DNA of 64,000 bases, from positions 75,952,001 through 76,016,000 of the forward strand of contig CM059432.1 of assembly GCA_030390025.1 (NCBI GenBank). The letters are read 5' to 3'. This document shows positions 45,391 through 58,089 of the stretch, piece after piece (within the stretch, counting starts at the first letter, position 1; each line of letters begins with the position of its first letter). The notes below the pieces were generated by a model that had not been told where the DNA came from, did no database searches, and saw only the letters and a list, made by a program, of their open reading frames with translations. Position numbers and translations under genes: made by a program. The stretch comes from Squalus acanthias. Lineage: Eukaryota.

Positions 45391-47098
45391 CACAAAGACC
45401 ATCCTCGCAAACGGAGGACTGAGCAGCACACACTCACTCTGGCCGGTATAATCTGTGCCCCCATGTATAAGCTGTGCCGACAGTTCCCTAACAAGGAGAA
45501 CACGTTTCACAAGTTTGTTTAGCCACAAGAGGTGAGATTCTCTCTAAAGTGAGCACGTACTGCCCCTGTGTTTGACTACGTCCTTCCAGAACAGATCACT
45601 GTTCATCACCAACATCGGAGTAAACACCCAGCTGATGAGTGAACTCTACAACCCTGCCGACCACCAAATCTAACTTAATAAAACCCGTGAGACCCGAAAA
45701 AAAAGATAGACACAGAATGATCCATCGAGGGATTTAAATATAAATATGATAACAAAGTGGGATAACTTTATTGAATTGCCCGAAATAACCAGCACGCTTA
45801 CTGTGTGATGCCTTTGTAACTGACCTCAGTAGAAATGGTAAATGGTTAGCGCGAATATAGGTGGCTATCGGCAATAAGTGTGGCAACAACACTGTAACCT
45901 TGAATCTTGATGAGCGCAATATCTTGCTGGGTTCTCAAGATTTCAAAATTGTCCCCCCACCCCTGCCCCAAGATCTAATTGTTGCACTGCATTGTCCTCT
46001 AGTGGCATTCCAGTTACTGTGTCATTGTTCGCAGCGTTTGGTTGAGATACAACAGAGCATGTCCATTAAGTTGGAAAAAATAAGGGAAAGCTCATAGAAT
46101 TACATTCTGTGCTTCCAATTTGCTGGCATTATGAGAACAAGCTAAAATTCAACAATTGCAAATTGTAAATATTAGCACTTTTATTGAACTCCACCTTTTA
46201 CAATTTTGCACTTATTCCACTTCTACATTTAACCCTAGTCGCCCGGTTAGAACAGGTGAGCTTTTAAAATCACCCAGGTCACTTACCCGTCCTGGAGCCG
46301 CCGGGAGCTGACCTTCCACTGAGCACGCGGCAGGGACACCCTCCCAAAGCCGGTAGGGTCCTTCTTAGCATACGCATGTCATGACCCGATGTTGCCATTG
46401 AGACTCGACTGCAAGTTTTACTCGGTGGCCTAAGCGTGAAGTGGCAGTGTTTTCTGCCAAATCAGCCCAGCGCGATTGGGGTCAGGAGAGGCCCAAAAAG
46501 GTAGGTTTTAATTTTTTTTAAATTTCCTTGTGGGGCCATGAGAAGCTGGAGTGCTCCCCCAGACCCTACAAGGAAAGCTTAGACCTCCCCTGCTGCGACG
46601 TCGCCTCGCCCCCCTCCCATCGATTGCGGAACAGCCTGGCAGCTGATCTCGCCACTTATCTGCTGTCAGCGGGTGGCCTCTGGGCCAAGAAAACTTCCGA
46701 TGATTCCCACTGATTTCCCACCTGGAATGGGTGGGAAGTCAGCCAGAATGATTTAAATCTCTTCTCCAAATGGCTGCAGATGCTGGGTCAATTGAAATTT
46801 TCAAGACTGAGATCCGCGGATTAATTTTTCTTAAGTCAAGAGCTATGGATCAAAGGCGGGTAAATGGAATTAAGGTACAGATCAGCCGTGGTCTGATTGA
46901 CTGACTGGTAGAACAGGCTCGAGGGGCTGAATGGCCTACTCCTGTTGCTAGGTTCCTAAATGAGGCCCAGGAGTTAATATACCCCAAGCATCACTTCTGG
47001 AGCAGCAGGTGAGTTCCTACCACACTGCTGCTCACCCACTGAAAACTGGCTCGCAGTTAAAATCGGGACCTAGTCTTTTTTTTCTTTAGGCACATTGC

Positions 47099-47104
47099 TT
47101 TATT
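47099..47104 (-). terminator. Candidate TTPA polyadenylation signal
   Basis: AATAAA on the minus strand ~700 nt past the TTPA stop, at the end of an AT-rich unique segment; an ATTAAA at ~47490 is an alternative. Confidence 0.45.
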
Positions 47105-47809
47105 TGTCAGACTTTATGGGGTACATTTTTCAAGGTGAGGCTGCCAGCATGGAGTCTTGTTCAACAGAGCTGAGAATCGGTCAACCTACACAATATGTAG
47201 TGCTCCCAGTTTAGAACCTCAATCGATGGGAGCACAGTTCAAAGAATCAAGCACATTTACCTTCATACTTGATCTAAGGTCCCACCAAACAGGACTTCTT
47301 GCTGTTATTTGTTGCCTATAATCCATGGATTTTGCAGTTTTCTTTTTTTTTTAATTGTTGGATATGGCTACCTCAAAGACTCTCTATGGCAATTAAAATT
47401 AGAGAGGAAATCAAATGCATATTACAACAGGCTTTAAATATCTACACATGGTTAAAGGCTTCCATTCCAATGGTTGTAGCTATTAAAATTTAATGAACAA
47501 ATTAGTTAGAACACAACTGAAGGCTTCAGTTCCTAAAGTTTTAACTATTAAAATGTAAAAGATGATTCAGTTAGAAAACAAAATATATAATTACTCTTAA
47601 TATACAATAATCTGCAATATCAAATAAACCCCATATTTTGTTCAATATTTGATATCTTTTAAAAGGAATTTCTATTTATACAACATAGTAGTGCATAACT
47701 GGGCACCTGCTGGTTCCATAGTACATAGTCATTTTTGGCAGTTGTGTTACATTGATTTAACACAATCAAGATATTGTTTTTCAGACAGCAGACTCTGTGT
47801 CACAGGGTA

Positions 47810-47983
47810 TCAAGTAACAAGTGAAAGCTCAAGAAGATCTTTCTCAGAGTGCAGCACAAATTTGGTCCATTCCTGACAGAGTTCCTCATAAGCAGGTCCT
47901 TGGCCACCGTATTCAGGGGGAAGAATCTGAACTGGAAAGTGCTTGCAAAGGCTGTGCTGGTAATTGCTTCCATGCATGTGAAT
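47810..47983 (-). CDS. TTPA: Alpha-tocopherol transfer protein, last coding exon
   Basis: TTTCAG|IHMHGSNYQHSLCKHFPVQILPPEYGGQGPAYEELCQEWTKFVLHSEKDLLELSLVT*. Matches human [26 protein letters not shown]...ICQEWTNFIMKSE; synteny with GGH agrees. Confidence 0.94.
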   Translation of the reverse strand: MHMHGSNYQHSLCKHFPVQILPPEYGGQGPAYEELCQEWTKFVLHSEKDLLELSLVT

Positions 47984-48124
47984 CTGAAATGGGCACAACA
48001 CATTCAATTTAAATTACAGGGTCTTCAATTCCTCTCTTGCCAGTTTTCAAAAAGTATCATTTTTTTTGTGTAAAGACAACAATTTTGTACTTAAAATCTA
48101 ACCACCTAATAAAGATAATATGGT

Positions 48125-48712
48125 ATAACAACAGAAAATGCTGGAACACTCAGCAGGCCAGGCAGCATCCGTGGAGAGAAAAACAGAGTTAACTTTTCAG
48201 GTCTGTGACCCTTCGTCAGAATTGGAAAAAGTTAGGGATGTAACAGGTTTTAAGCAGGTGCAGAGGCAGGGAAAGGGGTGGGGGAGGGGCGGAAGGAACT
48301 AAAGGGACGATCTGTGCTAGGGTGGAAAGCGGGAGATTAAATGTTGCAAATGGGGATGGCAGAATAATCAACAGCTGCCACCTCAAAAAAGGGGGCAGGG
48401 GTTATAGTCTGAAATTGTTGAACTCAATGTTGAGTCCAGAAGGCTGTAAAGTGTTCCTCGAGCTTACATTGAGCTTCATTGGAACAGTGTAAGAGGCCGA
48501 GGACAGAGAGGTCAGAGTGGGAGTGGAGTGGAGAATTAAAGTGACAGTCGACCGGAAGCTCGGGGTCACCCTTACGGACTGAACGGAGATGTTCCACAAA
48601 GCGATCACCCAATCTGCGTTTGGTCTCCCCAATGTAGAGGAGACCGCATCGTGAGCAGCGAATACGGTGTACTAAATTGCAAGAAGTACAAGTAAATCGC
48701 TGTTTCACCTGA
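48125..48712 (-). mobile_element. Penelope-like 3' fragment (GIY-YIG C-terminus and terminal repeat)
   Basis: FTCTSCNLVHRIRCSRCGLLYIGETKRRLGDRFVEH; terminal repeat as at 9399-9825. Confidence 0.9.
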
Positions 48713-48789
48713 TAATATGGTGTTCTTGACCTGTTCTTACTATTATAGTTTACTTCTGTTATTTTTTGTTAATCTGGATGATAGTAGTG

Positions 48790-51290
48790 GGGAATGGGTC
48801 CCGACCTCGCTCCTGGGCCTCGACCTCGAGCTAATAAGCCGCAAGCGCAAGGCATTCCTGATCTGGAAACAGCAACAGAACTCGAGATCACGAAAGCAGC
48901 CCCACAGACGCCTGAAGGCCGAGGACCAACAAAAAACTCGCGACCTAATGAACAGATGGTGGAGAATGCGCAGGAGATCCAGCAGCTAGCTGACAACCAC
49001 GACTGTGCGTGGATTCTTTAGCGCAGTCAAGACCACCTACGGCCCAAGCACCCAAGGTCCTATCCCACTGCGGGCCAAGAACGGAGAGGTACTCATCAAG
49101 GACAGAGAGGCACTCAGTGCCCGCTGGAAGGAGCACTTCGAAGATCTCCTTAACCGAGACTCTGTCTTTGACGCGAGTGTCCCCAACTGCATCCCGCAGC
49201 ATGCTACCCGCCACCACCTCAGCACAACCCCAGCCCGGCATGAGGTTGAAAAGGCCATCCGACAACTGAAGAACAACAAGGCCTCAGGAGCAGATGGAAT
49301 CCCCGCCGAGGCGCTAATACATGGCGGAGAAGCACTATTGGTGCGAATACATGAACTCATTTCTCTTATTTGGAAGGAGGAGAGCATGCCAGGGGATCTC
49401 AGACGCCGTAATCGTGACCATCTTCAAGAAAGGTGACAAGTCCGATTGCAGTAATTACAGAGGAGTCTCCCTGCTGTCTGCCACTGGGAAAGTCATTGCA
49501 AGAATCCTCCTCAGTCGCCTTCTCCCAGTGGCTGAAGAGCTCCTCCCAGCGTCGCAATGCGATTTCCACCCACTAAGGGGCACAATGGACATAGAAACAT
49601 AGAAACATAGAAACTAAGAGCAGGAGTAGGCCATTCGGCCCGTCGAGCCTGCTCCACCATTCAATACGATCATGGCTGATCATCCAAATCCAGTACCCTG
49701 TCCCTGCTTTCTTACACAGAATCCCCATCGAGCCTGCACCGACACATATCCCACCCTATCCCCGTAACCCCACGTATTTAATTCCCCCTAACATATCCCA
49801 TCCTATCCCTGTAACCCCACATATTTAATCCCCCCCTAACACTAAGGGTCAATTTATCATAGCCAAATCAACCTAACCCGCACATGATCTTCACCGCGCG
49901 TCAACTACAAGAGAAATGCAGGGAACAGCGCCAACCGCTGTACATGGCCTTCTTTGACCTCACAAAGGCCTTAGACACCGTAAACCGTGAGGGATTATGG
50001 AGTGTCCTCCTCAAATTCGTTTGCCACCATTCACGACGACATGCAAGCTGTGATCCTGACCAACGGATCCACCACAAACCCAATTCACGTACGGTCCGGG
50101 GTCAAGCAAGACTGTGTCATCGCACCAATGCTCTTCTCGATCTTCCTGGCTGCAATGCTCCATCTCACCCTCAGTAAGCTCCCCGCTGGAGTGGAGCTAA
50201 TCTACAGAACAAACGGGAAACTGTTCAACCTCTGTCGCCTCCAGTCCAGATCCAAGGTTGTCCCATCCTCTGTCATCGAATTACAGTATGCAGACGACGC
50301 TTGCGTCTGCGCACACTCTGAGGTCGAACTCCAAACCATCATCAACACCTTCACCGAAGCATACGAGAGCATGGGCCTTACACTAAACATCCGTAAGACA
50401 AAGGTCCTCTACCAACCTGCCCCTGCCACACAGTACTGCTCCCCGATTATCAAAATCCATGACGAGGCCTTGGACAACGTGGACCACTTTCCATACCTCG
50501 GGAGCCTACTGTCAACAAGAGCAGATGTCGATGACGAAGTCCAGCACCACCTTCAGTGTGCCAGTGCAGCCGTCGGTCGCCTGAGGAAAAGAGTGTTTGA
50601 AGACCAGGACCTCAAACCCAGCACCAAGCTCATGGTCTACAGAGTAGTAGTGATACCCACCCTCCTGTATGCTTCAGAGACATGGACCATGTACAGCAGC
50701 CACCTCAAAGCACTGGAGAGGTACCACCAACGCTGCCTCTGCAAGATCCTGCAAATCCATTGACAGGATAGGCGCACCAACGTCGGTGTTCTCGCTCAGG
50801 CCAACATCCCCAGCATCGAAGCTTTGACCACGCTCGATCAGCTCCGATGGACGGGCCACATCGTCTGCATGCCCGATACGAGACTCCCAAAACAAGCGCT
50901 CAACTCGGAGCTCTGACACGGCAAGAGAGCCCCAGGTGGGCAGAGGAAATGCTTCAAGGACACCCTCAAAGCCTCCTTGGAAAAAGTGCAACATCCCCAC
51001 CGACACCTGGGAATCCCTGGCCCAAGACTGCATAAAGTGGAGAAGTATCCGGGATAGCGCCGAACACCTCAAGTCTCTTCGCCGGGAGCAAGCGGAAGCC
51101 AAGCGCAAACAGCGGAAAGAGAGCACGTCAACCCAAGCACCCCACCCACCCGCCCCTTCAACCACCGTCTGCCCCATCTGTGACAGAGACTGTAGGTCCC
51201 GCATTGGACTCATCAGTCACCTGAGAACTCATTTTTAGTGAGGAAGCAAGTCATCCTCGGTTCGGAGGGACTGCCTAAGAAGAGAAGAAG
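48790..51290 (+). mobile_element. 5'-truncated RTE-clade LINE with a C-terminal C2H2 finger
   Basis: RWKEHFEDLLN, NYRGVSLLS, FFDLTKALDTV, GVKQDCVIAP, LQYADD, CPICDRDCRSRIGLISHLRTH; ~290-bp insertion at 49593-49881. Confidence 0.92.
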
Positions 51291-51790
51291 TGGGGAATGA
51301 TACAATAATCTTCTTTGCATTCATGGTCAATGGCAGGCAGTCCCAGCTCAGGTATATCTTGGTGTCAATATAATTCAAAGCTCTGTAGGATTGTTCCTCT
51401 CCAGCTCTAGGATTAGTTTAGAATTTGAAATGGGTAGAAAAGGGATGGAAATGATATCACTTACCAAATTATAATTATCAAATTATCAGGAGATTTGTAG
51501 AGCTGAGCTGGTGAAAATTTCATTGGAGAAAAGAAAATTTACGGGAGACCTGATCCAGTTCTGCTGAATGCTGAAAGCCATAGATGACATAGGTTGTAAG
51601 CAGGCTATTTGACCTAGTCTAAAACGAACAAGTCTCGAGTGAGGTTGGTGGTTAGTAGGAACTTTGCGCCCTACAGAATAGTAAGTATGAAGAAAAATTT
51701 CCCAGCAAAAGCAGATGAGATGATCAACTCCTGGATAAATACTCAGGAATGGGATTGGTGGTTATAAGGATAGGTACAGACTGAGACAAG

Positions 51791-52624
51791 GGGGGTGATT
51801 TTGCCAATGGGGGCGCGTTGGAGGCGAGACTGCTGCTTGGCGGGTCGATGTCCCACCTCCATCGATTTGTGGCCAACCCACGCTATTTTCCCTTGATTGA
51901 CCTTGTTAAGCCTGTCCAGTGGGTTTAGCAGGCCAATTAAGGGAAAGCCGGTTACAGAGAACGTCAGCGTATGACGTTTCATCTGTCAAAAATTTTTGAC
52001 AGATGAATTGTCATCGTTCGACAACTCTGTGAAGCTATCACAGTGACATTCTCTGTAGTTTGATGAGTTTTTGAATTCAAGACCTCATCAAACCTCTTTC
52101 TTTTGCAGAAATTAGATGGTTGTTGCATTGGAGAATGCAACGGCCATCTGTCATCTCTGCCGCGGAGGTGCGAGACTCTCCGCATACCCACCGACTGAAA
52201 CCTGCAGGAAGAAACAAAGATAAGTACGCTTTTTCTAACACTTCCCACTAACCTCAGATACTCACCTCTCCACACTTGCACCCATCACTTACCTCCACAG
52301 CACACTTTTGGATCCCTCCGACCCCCGCAGACCCACTACTTGCCTCGGTGACCCTGGTGGGGTTCGGAGCCTTCAGGAAGCCCGCACTTTTGTGGGTAAA
52401 ATGGGGATAATCCTCTTATCTGCCTGTTAACTACCTGTTAACAGGCACATAAGTGGCACTAATCCCCTTCCCGCCTCCAAGGAGATGGGACCCGGTGCTG
52501 GACGGCTACCCGCTTCCTGGTAAGATGGCACGGAGGCGGGTTGGGCACCCGCCCCCAAATTCTGCCATTTTCCCAGCAGTCCCGTCTCCATACCCGCCTC
52601 CCCAGGGCTGGCAAGATCGCGCCC
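51791..52624. mobile_element. Harbinger-type MITE, inverted relative of 59864-60672
   Basis: TIRs GGGGGTGATTTTGCCA / GGGCGCGATCTTGCCA; shared internal 30-bp palindrome. Confidence 0.8.
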
Positions 52625-52842
52625 ATGGTTCTCATGCTGCTGAGGTGGGATGGGGAAAATAGAAATAGCAGGGCAGGATTGAATACAACATATGATAATG
52701 GGTGATTATTCTGGAGTTTTATTCAATAACATTTGGCGATTAGGTCACATTTATGCTGAAATTTCCCTCAGGAGATTAAATGAGTGGGATAGAATCCATG
52801 ATAGTATGTGGTTCTGATGAAAGGTCACTGACCTGAAACATT

Positions 52843-55800
52843 GGGCTGGATTTTGTCAGTGTGGGCGGGCTGGGGCGTGTCAGGTGGAAATCGTGTCAGG
52901 ACCCTGACTCCTAAGTGAAGTGTTGAAAAAGTGGGATTTTTCCCCTAATTGGGCAATTGATTTCCTGCGTGTGGGAACCGCTGGCCCAATGAGTCTTTTC
53001 ATACAGAAAGTCGCCTCCGATGACGTCATCAATGCTGCTGGATTTAAGGCCTGCAAGCAGCCTTGATTCTTCTGGAGACTGCAAACGCTTTGCAAATTGT
53101 ATGAAGGTGTTGATTTCCCGACAATGTCCACGATCAAGTAAAAGTGTGCACCTCAGTTTGATGAGCCCTCCCTCCAAGCGCTGGTGCACGGAGCCAGATG
53201 TAATAAGGAGGTGCTGTTCTCTTCCGCAGGGAGAAAAAAGCCACCCCAGCAGACAAAAGCTGTGTGGCTGCAATTGGCCGAGGAGGTGAACTCCATTTCA
53301 ATGAGCTGCAGAACCTGGCTGCAATGCAGGAAGAGGTTTCATGACCTTCTCTGCACAGGAAAATTGAGTATGACTTTCCCATCACCCTCAATCTGATCCC
53401 CATCGCCTCTCCTCACCAGCACTCTGCTTTGCCAAGCTCTTCCTCCACATCCCACTTGACACAACCCTGCACCCTTACCATTCCCTCTCTCTCTATGGTC
53501 ACATTCACCTAACTATTCGACCATGCAGCCCTCACACACCGTATTACTGTGATGCTATGACAACAACAATTTATAACACACAGGGAGGGCCCTTTGTATC
53601 CTTCTAAGCATCTATGCTATTGATTCTCTACACTCACTCCTTCATTCTCACTCAAACTCCACTTGTGTCCCTCATTGCAGGAAAAGAGAGCCCACAATAA
53701 GAGGGAAAGAGCCATGAGAGGAGGAGGGCCACCCTCAGTAGCTCAGCTCACCCGCTGGGAGGAGACGGCCCTGGAAATCGCTGGGATCGATCGAGGACGA
53801 TACCCAAGTGGGGGACAGACAGACGGGAGCATCACAGCAAGCTGGTGACAGAACCATCAAGAGCCCCCGTCCCCACTGTCCAGGAGGAAGAGCCTGAGCT
53901 TCCAGACTCCTCAGAGGAAGCTGCAACCTCTGAGGACGCAGCGTCAGCAGAATTCAGCGCACCCAGCACCAGCGCAAACACTCACACCTCGGTGGGACTT
54001 TCGCGAGATAGAGTAGAGTTGGCACCTGGAGTATCACAGCTCACAAGTGAGCATCAGCAGATGGTGGAGATAGGGACAGCAGTGGAGAGTCCTCGTCGGA
54101 GGGCGCAGGACTCTCCCAGCTCGGCTCAGCTGCATGTTGACCCTGTGCCTCCGGGTCCATCCAGAAGGGGAGCGGTGCTGGAACTCCAGGAACAGGTGCA
54201 GGAGTCTCTGGCAGGTTTTGTCTCCAGGGTCACTGCGAGTGTGGAGCGAATGGAGGAGTCCACTGCGAACATGAGCAGAGCCTTTGTGGAGACATTGGCG
54301 CATGAATGCATCACCACGAAAAGGATGGCAACCTCCATGGAAAGGATGGCTACGGTAGAGGAGAGGATGGCTGCGGCCATGGAGGAGCTAAGTCGCCAGA
54401 GTGTTGAAAACATGGTCATTGTTCAGAATAGACTGGCATCTCTTGAGGAGCGATGGTCAGCTATTGGGCATAGAAATCAGACCTTCATGGAAGTCCTCTG
54501 GAGTAGGACTTCCAGTGCAGAAACGGGTCCTCCTGGCCCCCCTGAAGTGCAGCAAGGTGCTGTCAAGCCAAGTGGAGCTGACCCATGAGAGGGATGTTGG
54601 TGGCAGACAACAAGGAAGTGGAGCTCCTCTCCAAGCGCTCACACGACCATGCCACTGCAAAGCCCTCGGTCAGAGTCCCACCAGAGTCCTCACCCAACTG
54701 AGATGGGCGTCTCGTCCCCTGCACAGCCGCAGGAGCAGCAGACTGTTGCCGAGCCCTCACAGGTTCGCAACCCCAGAGGACAGCCTGCCAAAGGTCTCGA
54801 GACAGGAGCAGCAAGAAAGTGAGCAAGGGGCCTCCACATCTGCTGAAGCCACAGGGGAAGCACCACGTAGGAGCACGCGTAAGAGGAAGATAATGCACAA
54901 GTAGTCACAAGGGTAGTCACTTAGGTGTTATGTTGTGTTTATTTTTGAAATGCCATCAGTTGCTTGTTGTGATAAAAATTTCTGATGGCAAAATGTTGAA
55001 GTTGTGGCCTGTCTCATTTCGCAAATGGGACTTCCACATTGAGGGCTTAGAGCGACTTGCAATTGTCAGTATGGTGGTCAGAGTGATAGGAATCCGCAGG
55101 TTCTTGTCCATTGTCGATGCTCTGCTAAGAAGGTGCGAGGTAAAAGTGTTTGATTGTGCAGGCTAAGCAAATCTGGCCAACATGAGTGCGTCCCTTGCAT
55201 CCTGAGCAGCAATATGGTCGCGCGCTGGCGCCTTCTGGCCTGTGCAGTTTCAGATGGGTGAGCAGCAGCTTGGCGCTCCTGTTGTTGCTCCTGCTGTTGC
55301 TGTTGTTCAGGGTTCTGCTGCTGCCGCGGGTGGTCTTCATCCGAATCTGATGTCCAGGAGGAGAGGAAATAAATGGTTCCCATGCTTCTGCTATATACCT
55401 CAGTTGAGGAAGCGCTCAGTCAAGGTGGGGAGAGGGGTTTCCCAGGAGGTCACACTGCAGATGGGTCTCAGGCTCCAAACATCCACAATGAGTAGGCCTG
55501 CTAAAAGTTCCCCCAGACCTGAGACAACAAAGTTCTGCCACCTGAAAATAATGATTGCTGAAAACTCATTTGTAATGGTGGAGCTGCAGCTGTTAGTAAG
55601 CAATCCACTTGTGAGGCCGCCAGGATTACCTGGCGTGTTCCAGAGGAGGCGTGTAGGATGGGGGAAATGTCTAAAAATCAGAAAGGCCTCTCAAAATGGG
55701 ATTATAGAGGCAATTAAGTGGTTGTTAAGGGCCTTAAGGGCCTATCCCACCTCTTGGAGGCGGGATGGAAAGGGGGTCAGAAAACACAAATTTGGGAAAA

Positions 55801-55910
55801 TTGCTCGGAGGCGGGATGGAGGCGATTTCGGGCCCGCCCACCATTTTTTGCGATTTTACCACCTCGCACGCCTCCAAAGCCGCCTCCACGTGCTTGGCAA
55901 AATCGAACCC
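52843..55910. mobile_element. Non-autonomous Harbinger: Myb/SANT gene retained, transposase core deleted
   Basis: TIRs GGGCTGGATTTTGTCA / GGGTTCGATTTTGCCA with ATT TSD; inserted into a Penelope-derived repeat whose halves rejoin across the site. Confidence 0.9.
53124..54904 (+). pseudogene. Harbinger Myb/SANT-like gene, disrupted
   Basis: Exon 1 (53124-53363) APQFDEPSLQALV...WLQLAEEVNS...RTWLQCRKRFHDL, donor mutated to TTGAGT; exon 2 from 53681 EKRAHNKRERAMRGGGPP; coiled-coil-like region and basic tail RRSTRKRK. Confidence 0.82.
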
Positions 55911-56028
55911 ATTAATTCTGTTGCTCCATCCATAGATACTACTTGACCTGCTGAATGTTTCCAACAATTACTTTTTTTATTTCAGCTTTCTAGCATCCAT
56001 AGTATTTTGCTTTTCTGTTAGACTGTAT

Positions 56029-56731
56029 GGGCTGGATTTTGTCTTGGGGTTGGGTTGGGGTCGTGTAATCCGCATTTCGTGTCCCCCCCCCGACTCCAGA
56101 TTAATGTGGATGCCTGATGCAATTTTCACTTAATTGGGCAATTGAGTTGCAGCTTGTGGGAACCCATGAACTAATTAGTGTTTTCAGTCTGAAACCCGCC
56201 TCTGATGATGTCATCATTGCTGACTACTTGCTCTCAGAGATTGTCTGGCTACTGGTGAGAGAGGACCTGTCTGCATTGCTTCTGATGTGAGTGGACATGG
56301 ATGCAAATGAATATAAGAGAGAGAGAGAGAGAGAGGGGGAGAGAGAGAGAGAGTTTTTTTACATCCTCACAGCTAATACCACTACTACCTTCATCACATC
56401 TCCGTTGTAATAGTGCACTTGCAGCCGATAGTCAGCTATCCATTTGTGCTCCCGCCAGGTTTCACTGGAGTGTTTCACACCAGGCGTGCTTCACGTCAGA
56501 AAAGGGTTAAACTAGCTACAACGTTTCAAAATAGCATTACAGACCCTGTTAAGGGCTTTAATGGCCTCTCCCGCCTCTTGGAGGCGGGAGAGAGTCGGGA
56601 ACCCCGCGACTGATTTTGTCAAAATTGCGTGGAGGCGGGGGATTGGGATGGGGTCGGAAACCCCGACCCCGCAAATTTAACCCCCCACACACCTCCAAAC
56701 CTGACTCCATGGGTCATTCAAAATCCAGCCC
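56029..56731. mobile_element. Harbinger-type MITE
   Basis: Perfect 13-bp TIR GGGCTGGATTTTG; flanks TAT/TAC; ends resemble those of 52843-55910. Confidence 0.85.
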
Positions 56732-57189
56732 TACATGTTCTGTAGAAAGAGAGTTCCAACCTTTCTGATCCTAGTAAAGAATTCTAAAAGTCTGTAATGT
56801 TTTAACTTCTTTTATAAATCAGTTTACAGTACAATAGGAAGAAAAGATAAACAGATTATTCTGTTTTAAAAAACAGGCAAAAATTCAGGGGCTTACCACC
56901 ACCCGTTACTGGCAAAAAGTAGCATAAAGAGGGCGGCCGCTGTGCTTTCGCCAGCTGGTGGCGAGTCCCGTGGCATCTGCCATTTTCCAAGGCCCAACAG
57001 CGCTGCCGGTAACATCGATCACCCTGCAGATTGAAATGAGGGAGAGATGATGTCAGTCGGCATGGAACGCCGACTTAACGTCACCTTGGCCTACTTGGAC
57101 ATTTGCGTTGAGTTCAGCGCTGGGTCCTAAGCTCACCATGTAAACCTAGCATGCAGCAGACTGACAGAGGTGCTGTCAGCACCTCTTAA

Positions 57190-57797
57190 AGAGTCACAGA
57201 GTCATACGGCACAGAAGGAGGCCATTCAGCCCATCGAGTCCGTGCCGGCTCTCTGTAGAGCAATCCAGTCAGTCCCATTCCCCTGCTCTATCCCCATAGA
57301 CCTGCAAGTTTATTTCCCTCAAGTGCCTAACCAGTCTCCCCTTGAAAACATTGAGTGTGTCCACCTTCGTCAGCAGCGAGTTCCAGGTCCTCACCACTCG
57401 CTGCGTAAAAAGTTTTTCCTCACATCCCCCTTGTATCTCTTGCCCAAAACCTTAAATCTGTGTCCCCTAGTCCTTTTACCATCAACTAGTGGGAACAGCC
57501 TTTCCCCATCTAGCCTATCCAAATCCGTCATAATCTTGTACACCTCTATCAAATCACCTCTCAACCTCCTTTGCTCCAATGAAAACAAAGCCAGCTTCTC
57601 CAACCTGTCCTTGTAGCTAAGATCCCCCATCCCCGGAACCATTCTGGTAACTCTCCTCTGCACCCTCTCAAGGGCCTTCACATTCTTCCTAAAGTGTGGT
57701 GACCAGAACTGGACGCAATACTCCAGTTGTGGCCTAACCAGCGCTTTATAAAGGTTCAGCATAACTTCTCTACTTTTGTACTCAATACCTCTATTTG
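57190..57797 (-). mobile_element. CR1 3' fragment
   Basis: LYKALVRPQLEYCVQFWSP; nearly identical to 18160-19530 without the MITE. Confidence 0.92.
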
Positions 57798-58089
57798 TGA
57801 CACACACATCTTTCAGGTAAGCTTGCATTTAAGCTTTTGGACTGTTGTTTTTTTATTTTATTGAAGTAGTGGCTTGATGCAATACATGTTAAAAGTTTTT
57901 TAAGTGTGTAGGGAGTGCTGCTGGATGCTTGCAAGGCCTTGGATGGTAAAAGAAGGCCTCTGAGAAGACAGAAACTGCTGCAAATACTCAGCAGGTCAGG
58001 CAACATCCGTGTTCAAGTCTCAGGTCGAGATGCTGCCTGACCAGCTGAGTATTTCCAGCATTTTATGCTGTCATTTCAGATTTACACCA

